Shown here one piece after another: positions 1-9,151 of a DNA stretch of 64,000 bases; within the stretch, counting starts at the first letter, position 1, and each line of letters begins with the position of its first letter. The notes beneath the pieces are model-generated. The model was given only the letters and a program-made list of their open reading frames with translations. It searched no databases and was not told the DNA's origin. A program made the translations under genes and the position numbers. Source of the DNA: a candidate division Zixibacteria bacterium SM23_81 (GTDB lineage Bacteria > SM23-81); the NCBI GenBank assembly GCA_001304015.1, contig LJUY01000010.1, positions 14,840 to 78,839 of the forward strand. The letters are read 5' to 3'.

Positions 1-1599
1 AGTGAGTGACTGCTCCATGGTCTCCAGGAACATACGTACCTCGGTGACCTCGCGAGCCTTCTGATATTCTCCAAAGAGTGCCATAAATTTCTGGGCCTCG
101 CCCCGAGCGTGATGTATCCTCTCCTGCTTTTCGGCTTCTGCTTTGTGAATTTCACCAACCACATTACCCCGCGCCCTGGGAAGCACCTCGTTTCGATATG
201 CGTAGGCCTCGTTGATTAATCTATTTTTGTCCTCCCTCGCACTGGCCACCTCTCGAAAGGCATCCACCACCTCTAAAGGAGGGTGGACATCCTGAAGTTT
301 CACTGCGGTCACCTTGATGCCCGCATCATTATTCGCCAAAGTCTTGTGAAGAACTTCCAGAATCTGCTTCTCCACACGCGATCGCTCAGAGGTGAGCAGA
401 TCGTCCAGGGGCTCCATGGCCACAACGATCCTGATGGCTTCCTCGGCCGCCGACTTGACTAAGGTCTCTGGATCTTCCACGTGCAACAGAAATGATGTTA
501 TTTCGGCCACCTGATACTGAACGATGGTGTTGATGTCGATGAAATTTTCGTCGCCGGTGAACATGATAGACTCTTCGGGTTTTTTGGTATATTTTCCCAC
601 AATGTGCCGGCTCTCCCATTGGTAGGAGCGCACATCCTCCCCCCAGTTGGTGGGCTGGGTGCGAAAACCTATTTCGACCCGCCTCATGGCACTCATAGAG
701 GTCTTTTGCATCATATCCACAGGCCATGGCAGGTGCACGTGCAGACCAGGACCTTGACCTGAAGGGTCCAACAACCGGCCAAATCGAAACACCAGCGCTC
801 GCTCTCCTGGACTTACAACATATAATCCTGAAGAAAGCCAGAGAAGAATGATTATCCCTAACGGCCAGAGCACCAGAGATCGGCTTCGATGGCGCATCCA
901 CAGAATGATCTCAAGAGATTTACGGCCTAATCTCCAGGTCTTTTTCGATCCCACCAGTGGATGGCCAAAGAGATTAGCCAGCCAATATTCCTCCAGCGAT
1001 GTTCCTCTCAACAGCGCCTTGACAGCTCCATAAATGACCTCCAAACCCGTGGCGGCGATGAGCAAGGCAATCAATCCAGCAGCCTGGGCATCCAAATTGA
1101 GGCCAATCATCCCACCCACCAGACCACTCATCACCCCGATGGAGGAATACATGTCCATTCGCGAGTGATAGCCATCAGCCACTAGGCTACGGGAGGACTG
1201 CTCCTCTCCCACCCTTATTTTAAGTCGGGCGACGAAACCGGAGACCAAAATGCACAAGAAGATGCCCACTAATGCTATCGGCAAGCGAATCAGCTCTTTC
1301 GGGGGACCAGCCACTGCGCCGGCGAAGATCTGGACGGCGGCGAGAAGAATGAACAGACCTACTGCGATGGCCACGATGTCCTCGACTTTGCGCCAACGAG
1401 CGGTTTGACTCTTTTTGATCAGAATTGATAGAACAAGGCCGCTGAGGACCAGCAGGGAGACCAGTATATCAGAAAGGGAATGTATGGCGTCAGCGAGGAT
1501 GGAGCTACTATATGTCCATCTGGCCAGCAGAAATTTGATGCCCACCAGGAAAACATTGATGACAACGGAGATGATGGCAATGCGGACTTTTAGATTCAT
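1..1599 (-). CDS. Cation-diffusion-facilitator (CDF) six-TM domain fused in frame to an HflK-like SPFH/band-7 domain; 3' end runs off the window
   Basis: Absent from the ORF track because it has no stop inside the window; translated by hand. ATG at 1599 follows a GAGGAG SD. There is no in-frame stop down to nt 1, and the upstream stop is at 1726-1728. The first 234 aa form six hydrophobic helices with CDF site-A motifs LADAIHSLSD (TM2) and ADGYHSRMD (TM5). From the in-frame Met at 897 the sequence is a TM helix (LVLWPLGIIILLWL) followed by SPGERALVFRFG...VHLPWP...FTGDENFIDINTIVQYQV...EAYAYRNEVLPRARG, which is HflK-type SPFH. Track ORF 386..901 is an out-of-frame shadow. Confidence 0.7.
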   Translation of the reverse strand, partial: MNLKVRIAIISVVINVFLVGIKFLLARWTYSSSILADAIHSLSDILVSLLVLSGLVLSILIKKSQTARWRKVEDIVAIAVGLFILLAAVQIFAGAVAGPPKELIRLPIALVGIFLCILVSGFVARLKIRVGEEQSSRSLVADGYHSRMDMYSSIGVMSGLVGGMIGLNLDAQAAGLIALLIAATGLEVIYGAVKALLRGTSLEEYWLANLFGHPLVGSKKTWRLGRKSLEIILWMRHRSRSLVLWPLGIIILLWLSSGLYVVSPGERALVFRFGRLLDPSGQGPGLHVHLPWPVDMMQKTSMSAMRRVEIGFRTQPTNWGEDVRSYQWESRHIVGKYTKKPEESIMFTGDENFIDINTIVQYQVAEITSFLLHVEDPETLVKSAAEEAIRIVVAMEPLDDLLTSERSRVEKQILEVLHKTLANNDAGIKVTAVKLQDVHPPLEVVDAFREVASAREDKNRLINEAYAYRNEVLPRARGNVVGEIHKAEAEKQERIHHARGEAQKFMALFGEYQKAREVTEVRMFLETMEQSLT

Positions 1600-1617
1600 C
1601 TCCTCGACAGGGCTTAG

Positions 1618-1659
1618 GGTAGGTAAACATGGTTTTACCACCCCCTTAGGGGTGGTAAA
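1618..1659 (-). promoter_or_regulatory. Leader element: perfect 11-bp hairpin plus a third near-copy allowing alternative pairing
   Basis: On the plus strand, TTTACCACCCC (1634-1644) and GGGGTGGTAAA (1649-1659) form an 11-bp perfect stem with a 4-nt loop. GGTAGGTAAA (1618-1627) can pair with the same middle element. The element lies 35-60 nt upstream of ATG 1599. Confidence 0.3.
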
Positions 1660-1996
1660 CTGGGGATTTTGAAACGCGAGAAAAATGCAGATCAGAGTCG
1701 CAACGCCTTGTTTTTAACTTAACTATAAATAAGACAGAATGCAAGAAATTTCTGCCCTTACACAGAATCTCTTCAACCACCGCCAACGAAAAACAACAAA
1801 TTTCTCTAACAGACTTTAATAAAGGGATATAGGAGAGATGAATATGGCCTTTCCGAGGGGGCGACTCTTGAAAAGCCCCTGCTTTTGATCAAGAGATTCA
1901 GAGCATATTTTCGATGACATCTGCTCACGACATAAAGAAAGGAAGGAGCCCTTTCTCTCCTCCCTTCGGATTTTGTCCCACTGTTGATGAGTGCGT

Positions 1997-4900
1997 CTAC
2001 TTGATTAGCACCATTTTCTTCGTCTTTGTAAACTCTCCTGCTGTAAGCCTGTAAAAATAAATCCCGCTGGCCAAGGAATTGGCATCCCACCTAACGGACT
2101 TGTATCCAGCTTGCTGCTGACCATCTGCCAACATGGCCACCCTCTGACCCAAGATATTGTAAACCTCTAGCCTGACCCACCCATCCTGTGGCAAAGTGTA
2201 TTTGATCTCGGTTACCTGATTGAAGGGATTGGGGTAATTCTGAGAAAGCGAGCAGCTTCTGGGAAGGTCACCAGGGAATTCATCTCTCTCCTCATAAGCG
2301 GTGGGATTCTGAAGCCATTTGATAACCCTATCCATGATCAGATTCCTGGTTTCCTCCTGGGCAATAGCTTCAAAGCCAAAGGCAAAAGTGACAGCGGCAT
2401 AATTAATGCGATAAGACATAATGCCAGCGGAACCTTGGGCTCCATAATCCGAATATTCAAATACTGGGTAAACCCATGGGTAGGAGTGAACAAGAGCCGA
2501 TGGAACAAACTGATTATGGGCCCCTGATCCGCCTGTAATGATCGGTGATAGACCGTCGCCCACGGGGTTCCCATTTACTCCTATAAGTGTGTCAATATCG
2601 GTGTTGAATTCAAATTTCTGAATACCCAAAATGGACTGCAAAAGTTGACCTTCAAGATCAGAGATACCCTGGCCCGAAAGAAATAGTCTGCCACCTTTGA
2701 AAAGAAGATAAAACTGCAGAGCGAAGTTCTCAGCACTCGTGATCGCCTCCGAGTTGTAATACTCCTCCGGATAGCTGAGCTTGCCGCAAGTCTCCCCAGT
2801 CTCCCAGATGATCACCTCATACCTGTCCAGCACAGTTGTATCGGGACTCCCGTAGCAAAATACATCCCAGACATCGTAGCTATAACCAGTAGCCTCTAGG
2901 GCATCTGTATAGTAGGTCTCGTAAAATTTGGGGGTACCTTGGTAAGGGCGGTTGTAGTTATCATCGTCCACAACCAGTATTTCTGCAGTAGTAGCGAAGG
3001 GCTTAGTGGTAAACTCCATCAGGTTAACATAGGACTTCTGGTTGTCCAAACTGTCCTCGGCAAATACATTGACATTGTAAAACCTCTCCTCTCCTGCCGT
3101 AGACGTCCAGGTATTGCCAAACACCCCATCACCAGCTAAATAATCAGCATGGGTACCGTCATCATAAAGAGGGAGTTCATCCACGATCACATTGCCCACC
3201 GGACTTTCGATGTCCGCCGTGGCCAATTCGATGCCAGCACCATCTACCAGTTTTACCCTAATGGCTACACTACTTCCAGCACTTGTAGAGGTAGGATCAC
3301 ATTGAGGATAATGAAGGGCCGGAGAGGCATCGTCTGTTATCTCTATCGTGAGAGTATCAAGCCAGTGGCTGGTCACAGAAGCTGAATCGGTGATGCTCAG
3401 GTCGAGCTTGATGGTCTCCTCAGCGATCCAGTCCTCGGGAATGGCGATAGTCAGACTGTCCCGGCTTTTCACCATCTCTCCGGGTTGTATATCTCCAAAG
3501 AGGAGATCACTTCCCCCACCAATAGAGACAGACACGCTTGCCCTCACCTCGTTCACCATCGTTTGACCTTCGTTCTCAAGACTTAGTTGGAGATGCACGA
3601 GATCACCAGGGCTGAGGATGGTATCCTCGCCAGCCGCTTGATAACCAGAGGCGATAACCGGGCCAAGGGTGGTAAAATACGTAGCGCTGTCGAAAACTCT
3701 CATGTTTGAAAGGCTATCCTCGACGGTGATGCCTACCAGATAGGCCATTCCCACCACATCGGTTGTCCAACTATTTCCATAAAGGTGATCGCCTGCAGCC
3801 CCATCGCCATGATTGCCGTCATCATAAAGGGATAATGTGTCAAGCAAAGGTGGAGACACAAATGATGCCGTGACCTTCAAAATACCATCTGGATCCCACA
3901 CATGGGCGTTCACCTGCACCTCTTCTCCCGGCTGAACCTGTCTCGGGCTCACCTGCACCCCAGAAATAAAGGTTTCCCAGACTAAGAAACCTCTGTCATA
4001 GAGGGCCTGAACGCTATCAGCGTGCTCCTGCAACTCTTCCAGGGTATATCCAGCAATCATGGCGACGGTAACCTCGACCTCCTCCCCGGGGGCCAGACTC
4101 TCATAGGATCCGCTGGCCATAAGAGACCGAACATCTCTGGGCTCCTCAAAGATCTCAAAAACGGCCGGATCTGGATCATCGACAAAAGCATACCCCGATC
4201 CATCTGGATCTCCAACCAGCTCGGCGTATTTGAGGGGATCTTGTTCCTCAAGGTCCACGATGCCCTCGGGCCCGTGATCTGACCTCACCCAGGTGGAAAA
4301 GGCGGTCAGCCCCACATCTCCCGGAGTTTTCAAGAAGACATTGCCAATATAGCCCGCCGGCGTCGTCCAGCTCGGCTCCGCACCATTCGAATCGTAGGTA
4401 TAGCCCAAGTTACGAGATATATCGAAACCGATGAGGTCATCGTTGGGGCCCACGTCCGGTTCCGATAAGTCTCCCGGGCCCACATCGGCATCCATGAAGT
4501 ACCCGACATACAAGCTGTCTAAGGGAAACTCGTTCATATTCTTTATCTTATATGATAAAAAGACGTAATTCATCTGGGGACCAGATCCCCAACAATAGCT
4601 CCTCTGCTCCACTCGTATGCCCAGGCCATCGGTGTCGTAGCCGAAGGAGGGCCACAGGAAATGGCCTTCTTCCTCCAAAATCCAATCGCCATATACGCAC
4701 CAGGAATCCTGTTCGGAGACGATATCCCCTCCGACTGGATCAAGATCGAAAAGATCCGTGCCAAAGTATTCCCTCCGAAGGGGATTAAGCGAGGCGGTAT
4801 CGGCATATTCCCAAAACCTTTGATGCGGAGCGGGCATACCCCCGGGGGGGACAAAAAGAAGATCCCCAGCTCCAGCTTGATCTGGAGGAATGATCTGCGT

Positions 4901-5410
4901 GCTCAGATATAGAGGGCTCATCGGCGTTACATCGGGACTATACGCTCCAGTGGCCACCCGTGGAACCCAGGTGGTATCATTTCCTAAAATGACTGGATAC
5001 ATGGCTCCGATCCACAATCCCGATGAGAACAGGTAAAATTGCCTCGATCCTCTGGGATATTCGGCCACATATCCATTCCAGTTCGTCATTTCAGCGACTA
5101 TAGATCCGTCATAGGTGCCATCCCAATATTCAGGAGCTTCATAGAGTCCTATCAGGCCGGCATTATCAACGGTGACCCGTGCCAGATCACCCAGACCCAT
5201 CCAGGTGATCTGAGCCATAGAAGGCTCATCATCTGTGCTTTTTGAGCCCCTTCTTTGGCTTTCAACCAAAAGGGGACCAATTTCTTCTTTCACCGGTCTG
5301 GCCTCGATGACCATCGATAATATGACCTCAAAAAACCCACTTAGCAGAAAAGCAACTAAAAGCACCGCCTTGCGCTCTCCCCGAATCCGAAAAGCTCTCA
5401 CCTCAACCAT
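1997..5410 (-). CDS. Large secreted protein with T9SS type-A C-terminal sorting domain
   Basis: 1137-aa ORF with a hydrophobic N-terminus. The last ~80 aa (YPNPFNQVTEIKYTL...LEVYNILGQRV...GIYFYRLTAGEFTKTKKMVLIK) are a textbook Por/T9SS CTD. There are two LYDDG(N/T)H.D..AGD..(Y/F)GN.WT modules. No HExxH or other catalytic motif was seen. Confidence 0.8.
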   Translation of the reverse strand: MVEVRAFRIRGERKAVLLVAFLLSGFFEVILSMVIEARPVKEEIGPLLVESQRRGSKSTDDEPSMAQITWMGLGDLARVTVDNAGLIGLYEAPEYWDGTYDGSIVAEMTNWNGYVAEYPRGSRQFYLFSSGLWIGAMYPVILGNDTTWVPRVATGAYSPDVTPMSPLYLSTQIIPPDQAGAGDLLFVPPGGMPAPHQRFWEYADTASLNPLRREYFGTDLFDLDPVGGDIVSEQDSWCVYGDWILEEEGHFLWPSFGYDTDGLGIRVEQRSYCWGSGPQMNYVFLSYKIKNMNEFPLDSLYVGYFMDADVGPGDLSEPDVGPNDDLIGFDISRNLGYTYDSNGAEPSWTTPAGYIGNVFLKTPGDVGLTAFSTWVRSDHGPEGIVDLEEQDPLKYAELVGDPDGSGYAFVDDPDPAVFEIFEEPRDVRSLMASGSYESLAPGEEVEVTVAMIAGYTLEELQEHADSVQALYDRGFLVWETFISGVQVSPRQVQPGEEVQVNAHVWDPDGILKVTASFVSPPLLDTLSLYDDGNHGDGAAGDHLYGNSWTTDVVGMAYLVGITVEDSLSNMRVFDSATYFTTLGPVIASGYQAAGEDTILSPGDLVHLQLSLENEGQTMVNEVRASVSVSIGGGSDLLFGDIQPGEMVKSRDSLTIAIPEDWIAEETIKLDLSITDSASVTSHWLDTLTIEITDDASPALHYPQCDPTSTSAGSSVAIRVKLVDGAGIELATADIESPVGNVIVDELPLYDDGTHADYLAGDGVFGNTWTSTAGEERFYNVNVFAEDSLDNQKSYVNLMEFTTKPFATTAEILVVDDDNYNRPYQGTPKFYETYYTDALEATGYSYDVWDVFCYGSPDTTVLDRYEVIIWETGETCGKLSYPEEYYNSEAITSAENFALQFYLLFKGGRLFLSGQGISDLEGQLLQSILGIQKFEFNTDIDTLIGVNGNPVGDGLSPIITGGSGAHNQFVPSALVHSYPWVYPVFEYSDYGAQGSAGIMSYRINYAAVTFAFGFEAIAQEETRNLIMDRVIKWLQNPTAYEERDEFPGDLPRSCSLSQNYPNPFNQVTEIKYTLPQDGWVRLEVYNILGQRVAMLADGQQQAGYKSVRWDANSLASGIYFYRLTAGEFTKTKKMVLIK

Positions 5411-5462
5411 CTCCCCTGGAGACTTTATTTCTCAAGTAAAAAACGATTTCCAATGCATATAC

Positions 5463-5491
5463 ATTATATCTGAATAAGTATTTTTTGTCAA
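5463..5491 (-). promoter_or_regulatory. sigma70 promoter for the T9SS-CTD gene
   Basis: Minus strand reads TTGACA (5486-5491), a 17-nt spacer, then TATAAT (5463-5468). This is a perfect consensus, about 50 nt upstream of ATG 5410. Confidence 0.6.
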
Positions 5492-5673
5492 GGTTTTTTC
5501 GAGTGGCTTGTGAGTTTTTAGTTTGTGACGAAAAGAGCAATAGCAGTATTTGTTTACGGACTTTGGGTAAGAAACCTTTCACTCTTCGACCGGACATGAA
5601 AAAAGCCACTCCCTTGCGTTCTAGAGAGAGGCCCAAACCAATACTTGGCAGAATAAATCTTACCCAACCCTGC

Positions 5674-6624
5674 TCATACTCCCATAACCGAAGACAACGG
5701 CATCTTGCTGACGATCACCGCCTCACCACCTATCTCCAGGCTATTAATTATCTTCCCCTTAGCCCGGACGCGCACCCGAACCCGACCCTGATGGCCAATG
5801 AGATCACCCTGTTCGCCCACATATTCAATCTCATCAGGCTCATCGAGCTGAGCATAGATACGATGATAGGCCCCTAGAGGCCCATTTATAGCTCCAGTCA
5901 CCGGATCCTCATCCACGCCATAAGCTGGAGCGAAATAGCGGCAATGCCATCTATTTTGGAGCTCGAAGGTCTCGGGCGTAAAAAAGCAGGTGGCGCCCCA
6001 GCGCTTCGATGTTCTCATGCGGTCGAAATTCGGCTCGAGACGTTTCAGAACCTCTATGCCGCAGACGGGAATGTATAAATCTCCATCTGATTTATCTCTG
6101 ACCGCCGGCAGGCCGAGATGCAAATCCCGTGTCCTTAGGTTAAATATTTTCCTCAGCTGGTCTGTGTCCAGGGTGACTTCCTGAAAATCAGGTGGTGGGA
6201 TCTCTAACCAGTGAAATTGGCCCTCGCGCGTTTTTTCCACCCTGACCTGGAGGATTCCAGTCAGGGTCTCTATGTGTGCGGAGCGACCCTCGGCGGGGAA
6301 GAGATTAAGCGCAACCAGCACCTTCAAAGTGGCTACGGTAGCATGGCCGCATAGCCTGACCTCTATGGTGGGAGTAAACCAGCGCAGTTGAAAAAGACAC
6401 CTAGGCTGTCTTGAGGGAAACACGAAGGCCGTCTCAGAAAGCCCCATAAACGTGGCAACGGCTTGCATCTGATGATCATCCAGCTGGGCCGCCTGGGGCA
6501 CTACCCCAGCGGGGTTTCCCTCTCTTGGATTTGCGGTAAAAGCGTGAACGCGGTAAATCTGAGGATTTACGCTCTTCGGCGACAAACTTCCTCTCACCTC
6601 CGCTTTTCCTAACGTGTCCATCAT
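5674..6624 (-). CDS. PhzF-family isomerase-like protein
   Basis: 316 aa. The N-terminal YRVHAFTANPREGNPAGVV and the overall two-half layout are typical of the PhzF family. Confidence 0.7.
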   Translation of the reverse strand: MMDTLGKAEVRGSLSPKSVNPQIYRVHAFTANPREGNPAGVVPQAAQLDDHQMQAVATFMGLSETAFVFPSRQPRCLFQLRWFTPTIEVRLCGHATVATLKVLVALNLFPAEGRSAHIETLTGILQVRVEKTREGQFHWLEIPPPDFQEVTLDTDQLRKIFNLRTRDLHLGLPAVRDKSDGDLYIPVCGIEVLKRLEPNFDRMRTSKRWGATCFFTPETFELQNRWHCRYFAPAYGVDEDPVTGAINGPLGAYHRIYAQLDEPDEIEYVGEQGDLIGHQGRVRVRVRAKGKIINSLEIGGEAVIVSKMPLSSVMGV

Positions 6625-6679
6625 CGAAGAGAAGATCCATCATCGGCATTTCAAAGGCAACCAGTTCCCCTCTCTACTT

Positions 6680-9151
6680 TCACCGCCCACCGCGCTCAGA
6701 TATCCGTTCCAGTTTCAGCAGATAGCCAGACTGCGGCTCCAGCTGAAGTCGTGGACGATATCCGGCGATGTGCCCCTTGGGACCCACCTGAAGCTTGGAA
6801 CATTCCCGATCTGGTCCGCTCCTCAGCAGATCGGTGACCGTATACCAACCCGGCGCCAGGAAAGAGGTCTGGGCTCGAAGCTTGTATCTCTCAAGGGGTA
6901 GATCGGATACATTAACCATGACTATAAAGGGGATTGCTCCCTGGACGTGCCGCACATAGGCGTATAGGTATTCGTGGTTGGTTTTTAAACCCTGATAGCT
7001 GCTTACAGACCGATCATCTCTGGCAGCGAGCACCGGATTGAGACCCCTTAATCGAATCAGGTGGCTATACCAATTGAGCAGAGATTTGGGGTCCTGGCGT
7101 TGCTCGGCCACCATTTTCCATTCCATGGGAGTGCGGATGGCCTCATCCGGAGGGTTCACTCCGGTCATGCCCACCTCCTCGCCGTAGTAAATCAGCGGGG
7201 TTCCCGGCAGCGTAAGGAGAATGAGGGCAGCCAGCTTGTTGCGCTGCTGGTTGTTTTCAACAACGCTCAGGATGCGGTCGTTGTCGTGATTGTTCAGAAA
7301 ACGAAGCAGCTGAGCCTGGACGGGGAATCTCTCTCTTTCATCATTTAGAGTGGTCTGCAAAGCCGATTTATGCTCTTTGTCCAAAAGTCCCAGTATCGCA
7401 TAATAGGTGGGATAATCGAACTGCATGTCATACTCGTCATCGAAATAACCGTAAATGGTCTCCACATTATCCCACACCTCTCCCAACAGAAGGAAGTCCC
7501 CTCGTACCTGTTTGAGCTCCCGACGGAGCTCCTTCCACCAATCATGGGGCGGTCCTTTTCCCACATCGCAGCGATAGCCATCGACGCCATCGGAGAAATC
7601 CCCGTCGCCATTGGGATCCATCCAATACTTGGCCATCTCCAGCAGATAGTCCCGCATCGGCCGTGAGTCGAAGTTCAGCTCGGGCATACCCCTGTAGCCA
7701 GCGAAGCTCTCATATTCCAAATGTTCGGGGTCCAGGAATTGAAACCAATCCGAATAAGGTGAAGCCGGATTGCCCAGGGCATCGGCAAAGAAGGGATGTT
7801 CGTTGGAGCAATGATTGACCACGAGGTCGAAGATAATCCTGATTCCTCGCCGGTGAGCTTCCCGACAGAGGTGAAAGAAGTCTTCAGTGGTTCCGTAGTC
7901 TTCCTCGATGGTATAGTAGTCGGTGATATCGTACCCATGGTATGATGGCGACTGGCAAATAGGCATGAGCCAGATGGCATTGACCCCCAGGTCATCGCTC
8001 GTATTGGAATCTCCATCGTTCAGGTAGTCCAACATCTGGGTGACGCCGTTCAGGTCCCCGATGCTGTCTCCGTCAGAGTCCTTGAAACTGCGCACAAAGA
8101 TTTCATAGACAACAGCCTGGTCGAAAAAATCAGGCGAATCGAATACTAGCGGCTCCCGGTCCATGGTGAAATCGATCCGGGTTTGCCCCTGTTTCCCTGA
8201 GGAAATGCCTCGTGCGGAAATCAGGAGGCGATAATCAAGATCCGGCAGATCTTCGGACAACTGTGCGGTGAACTGACCCGTCGCTGGGCTGTATTGGTGA
8301 GACAGGATGGCGTTTTCCAAACGCACCTGAACGCTGTTGGGATCAACCTCATCCCTATAGCAGCGGAGATGACCAGAGACGGGTGCGATCTCTTTGGGAC
8401 GCGAGCCGTCAACGGGGAAGGTCATCACGGCATATGGAACGCCCGGTTCGCTGACGAAAACCACACTGTTGTTGTAATTGGAGGTATTGACCTCAGGAGC
8501 GTTGGGATCGGTGACCCATTCTGTGCCATCAACCACGAATTTATACTCATATCGTCGCCCAGGCCTCAGGGGATACCAGGTTCTCCAAATACCATCCTCA
8601 TCATCGTCGAACATAGGTGTAGCGGTCATGGACCATCCATTAAATTCACCGGCCAGATGAACAGACTGGGTGCCCTCTGGGGCCAAATAGGAGAAAAGAA
8701 CGCCGCCCTCCACGGGATGAGGAACCAGCTCACGGTCCTCTGACCAGGGGAGATCAGAGCGCCGCAGCTTGGCGTCCGGGGGCGGCTCTTGATCGACGTA
8801 AACTATGCCGTTATTGAAGTTCTGGTAGTTGACATCATGGGCATGGGGATCCGTCACCCAGGTTCCCCCATCCACCACGAACTTATACTCCCAACGCCCT
8901 CGAGAAAGAGGTATGACCACCGTCCAAACGCCATCGCCGTCCTCGTCAGACATGGGCGTGGCCTTGATGTCCCAGCCATTAAACTCTCCCGCCAAATGGA
9001 CCGATTCTACCGCCTTCACAGGACGATGTGAGAACAGAATGCCGCTCTCCACCGGATGAGGGGCCAGAGAAGACTCGCGCGTCTGACCGGGTGTCTCCGG
9101 GGGCACAAGGATCGTTGCTGCTAACAAAAACCATGGGTACACAGATCTCAT
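6680..9151 (-). CDS. GH13 alpha-amylase-family enzyme with two N-terminal CBM48-like glycogen-binding modules
   Basis: 823 aa with a signal peptide. Two tandem VHLAGEFNGW...YKFVVDG modules are present. GH13 regions I-IV are DLVVNHCS, GYRCDVGK, LLGEVWD and FLNNHDNDR. The ATG overlaps the upstream stop (ATGA). Confidence 0.85.
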   Translation of the reverse strand: MRSVYPWFLLAATILVPPETPGQTRESSLAPHPVESGILFSHRPVKAVESVHLAGEFNGWDIKATPMSDEDGDGVWTVVIPLSRGRWEYKFVVDGGTWVTDPHAHDVNYQNFNNGIVYVDQEPPPDAKLRRSDLPWSEDRELVPHPVEGGVLFSYLAPEGTQSVHLAGEFNGWSMTATPMFDDDEDGIWRTWYPLRPGRRYEYKFVVDGTEWVTDPNAPEVNTSNYNNSVVFVSEPGVPYAVMTFPVDGSRPKEIAPVSGHLRCYRDEVDPNSVQVRLENAILSHQYSPATGQFTAQLSEDLPDLDYRLLISARGISSGKQGQTRIDFTMDREPLVFDSPDFFDQAVVYEIFVRSFKDSDGDSIGDLNGVTQMLDYLNDGDSNTSDDLGVNAIWLMPICQSPSYHGYDITDYYTIEEDYGTTEDFFHLCREAHRRGIRIIFDLVVNHCSNEHPFFADALGNPASPYSDWFQFLDPEHLEYESFAGYRGMPELNFDSRPMRDYLLEMAKYWMDPNGDGDFSDGVDGYRCDVGKGPPHDWWKELRRELKQVRGDFLLLGEVWDNVETIYGYFDDEYDMQFDYPTYYAILGLLDKEHKSALQTTLNDERERFPVQAQLLRFLNNHDNDRILSVVENNQQRNKLAALILLTLPGTPLIYYGEEVGMTGVNPPDEAIRTPMEWKMVAEQRQDPKSLLNWYSHLIRLRGLNPVLAARDDRSVSSYQGLKTNHEYLYAYVRHVQGAIPFIVMVNVSDLPLERYKLRAQTSFLAPGWYTVTDLLRSGPDRECSKLQVGPKGHIAGYRPRLQLEPQSGYLLKLERISERGGR

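Noticed and set aside
386-901. 171-aa minus-strand ORF from the track (MDAPSKPISGAL...).
   Set aside because: It is an out-of-frame shadow of the HflK-like coding region. The frame ending at nt 1 gives an unmistakable SPFH sequence, whereas this one is Arg/Ser/His-rich with no motif.
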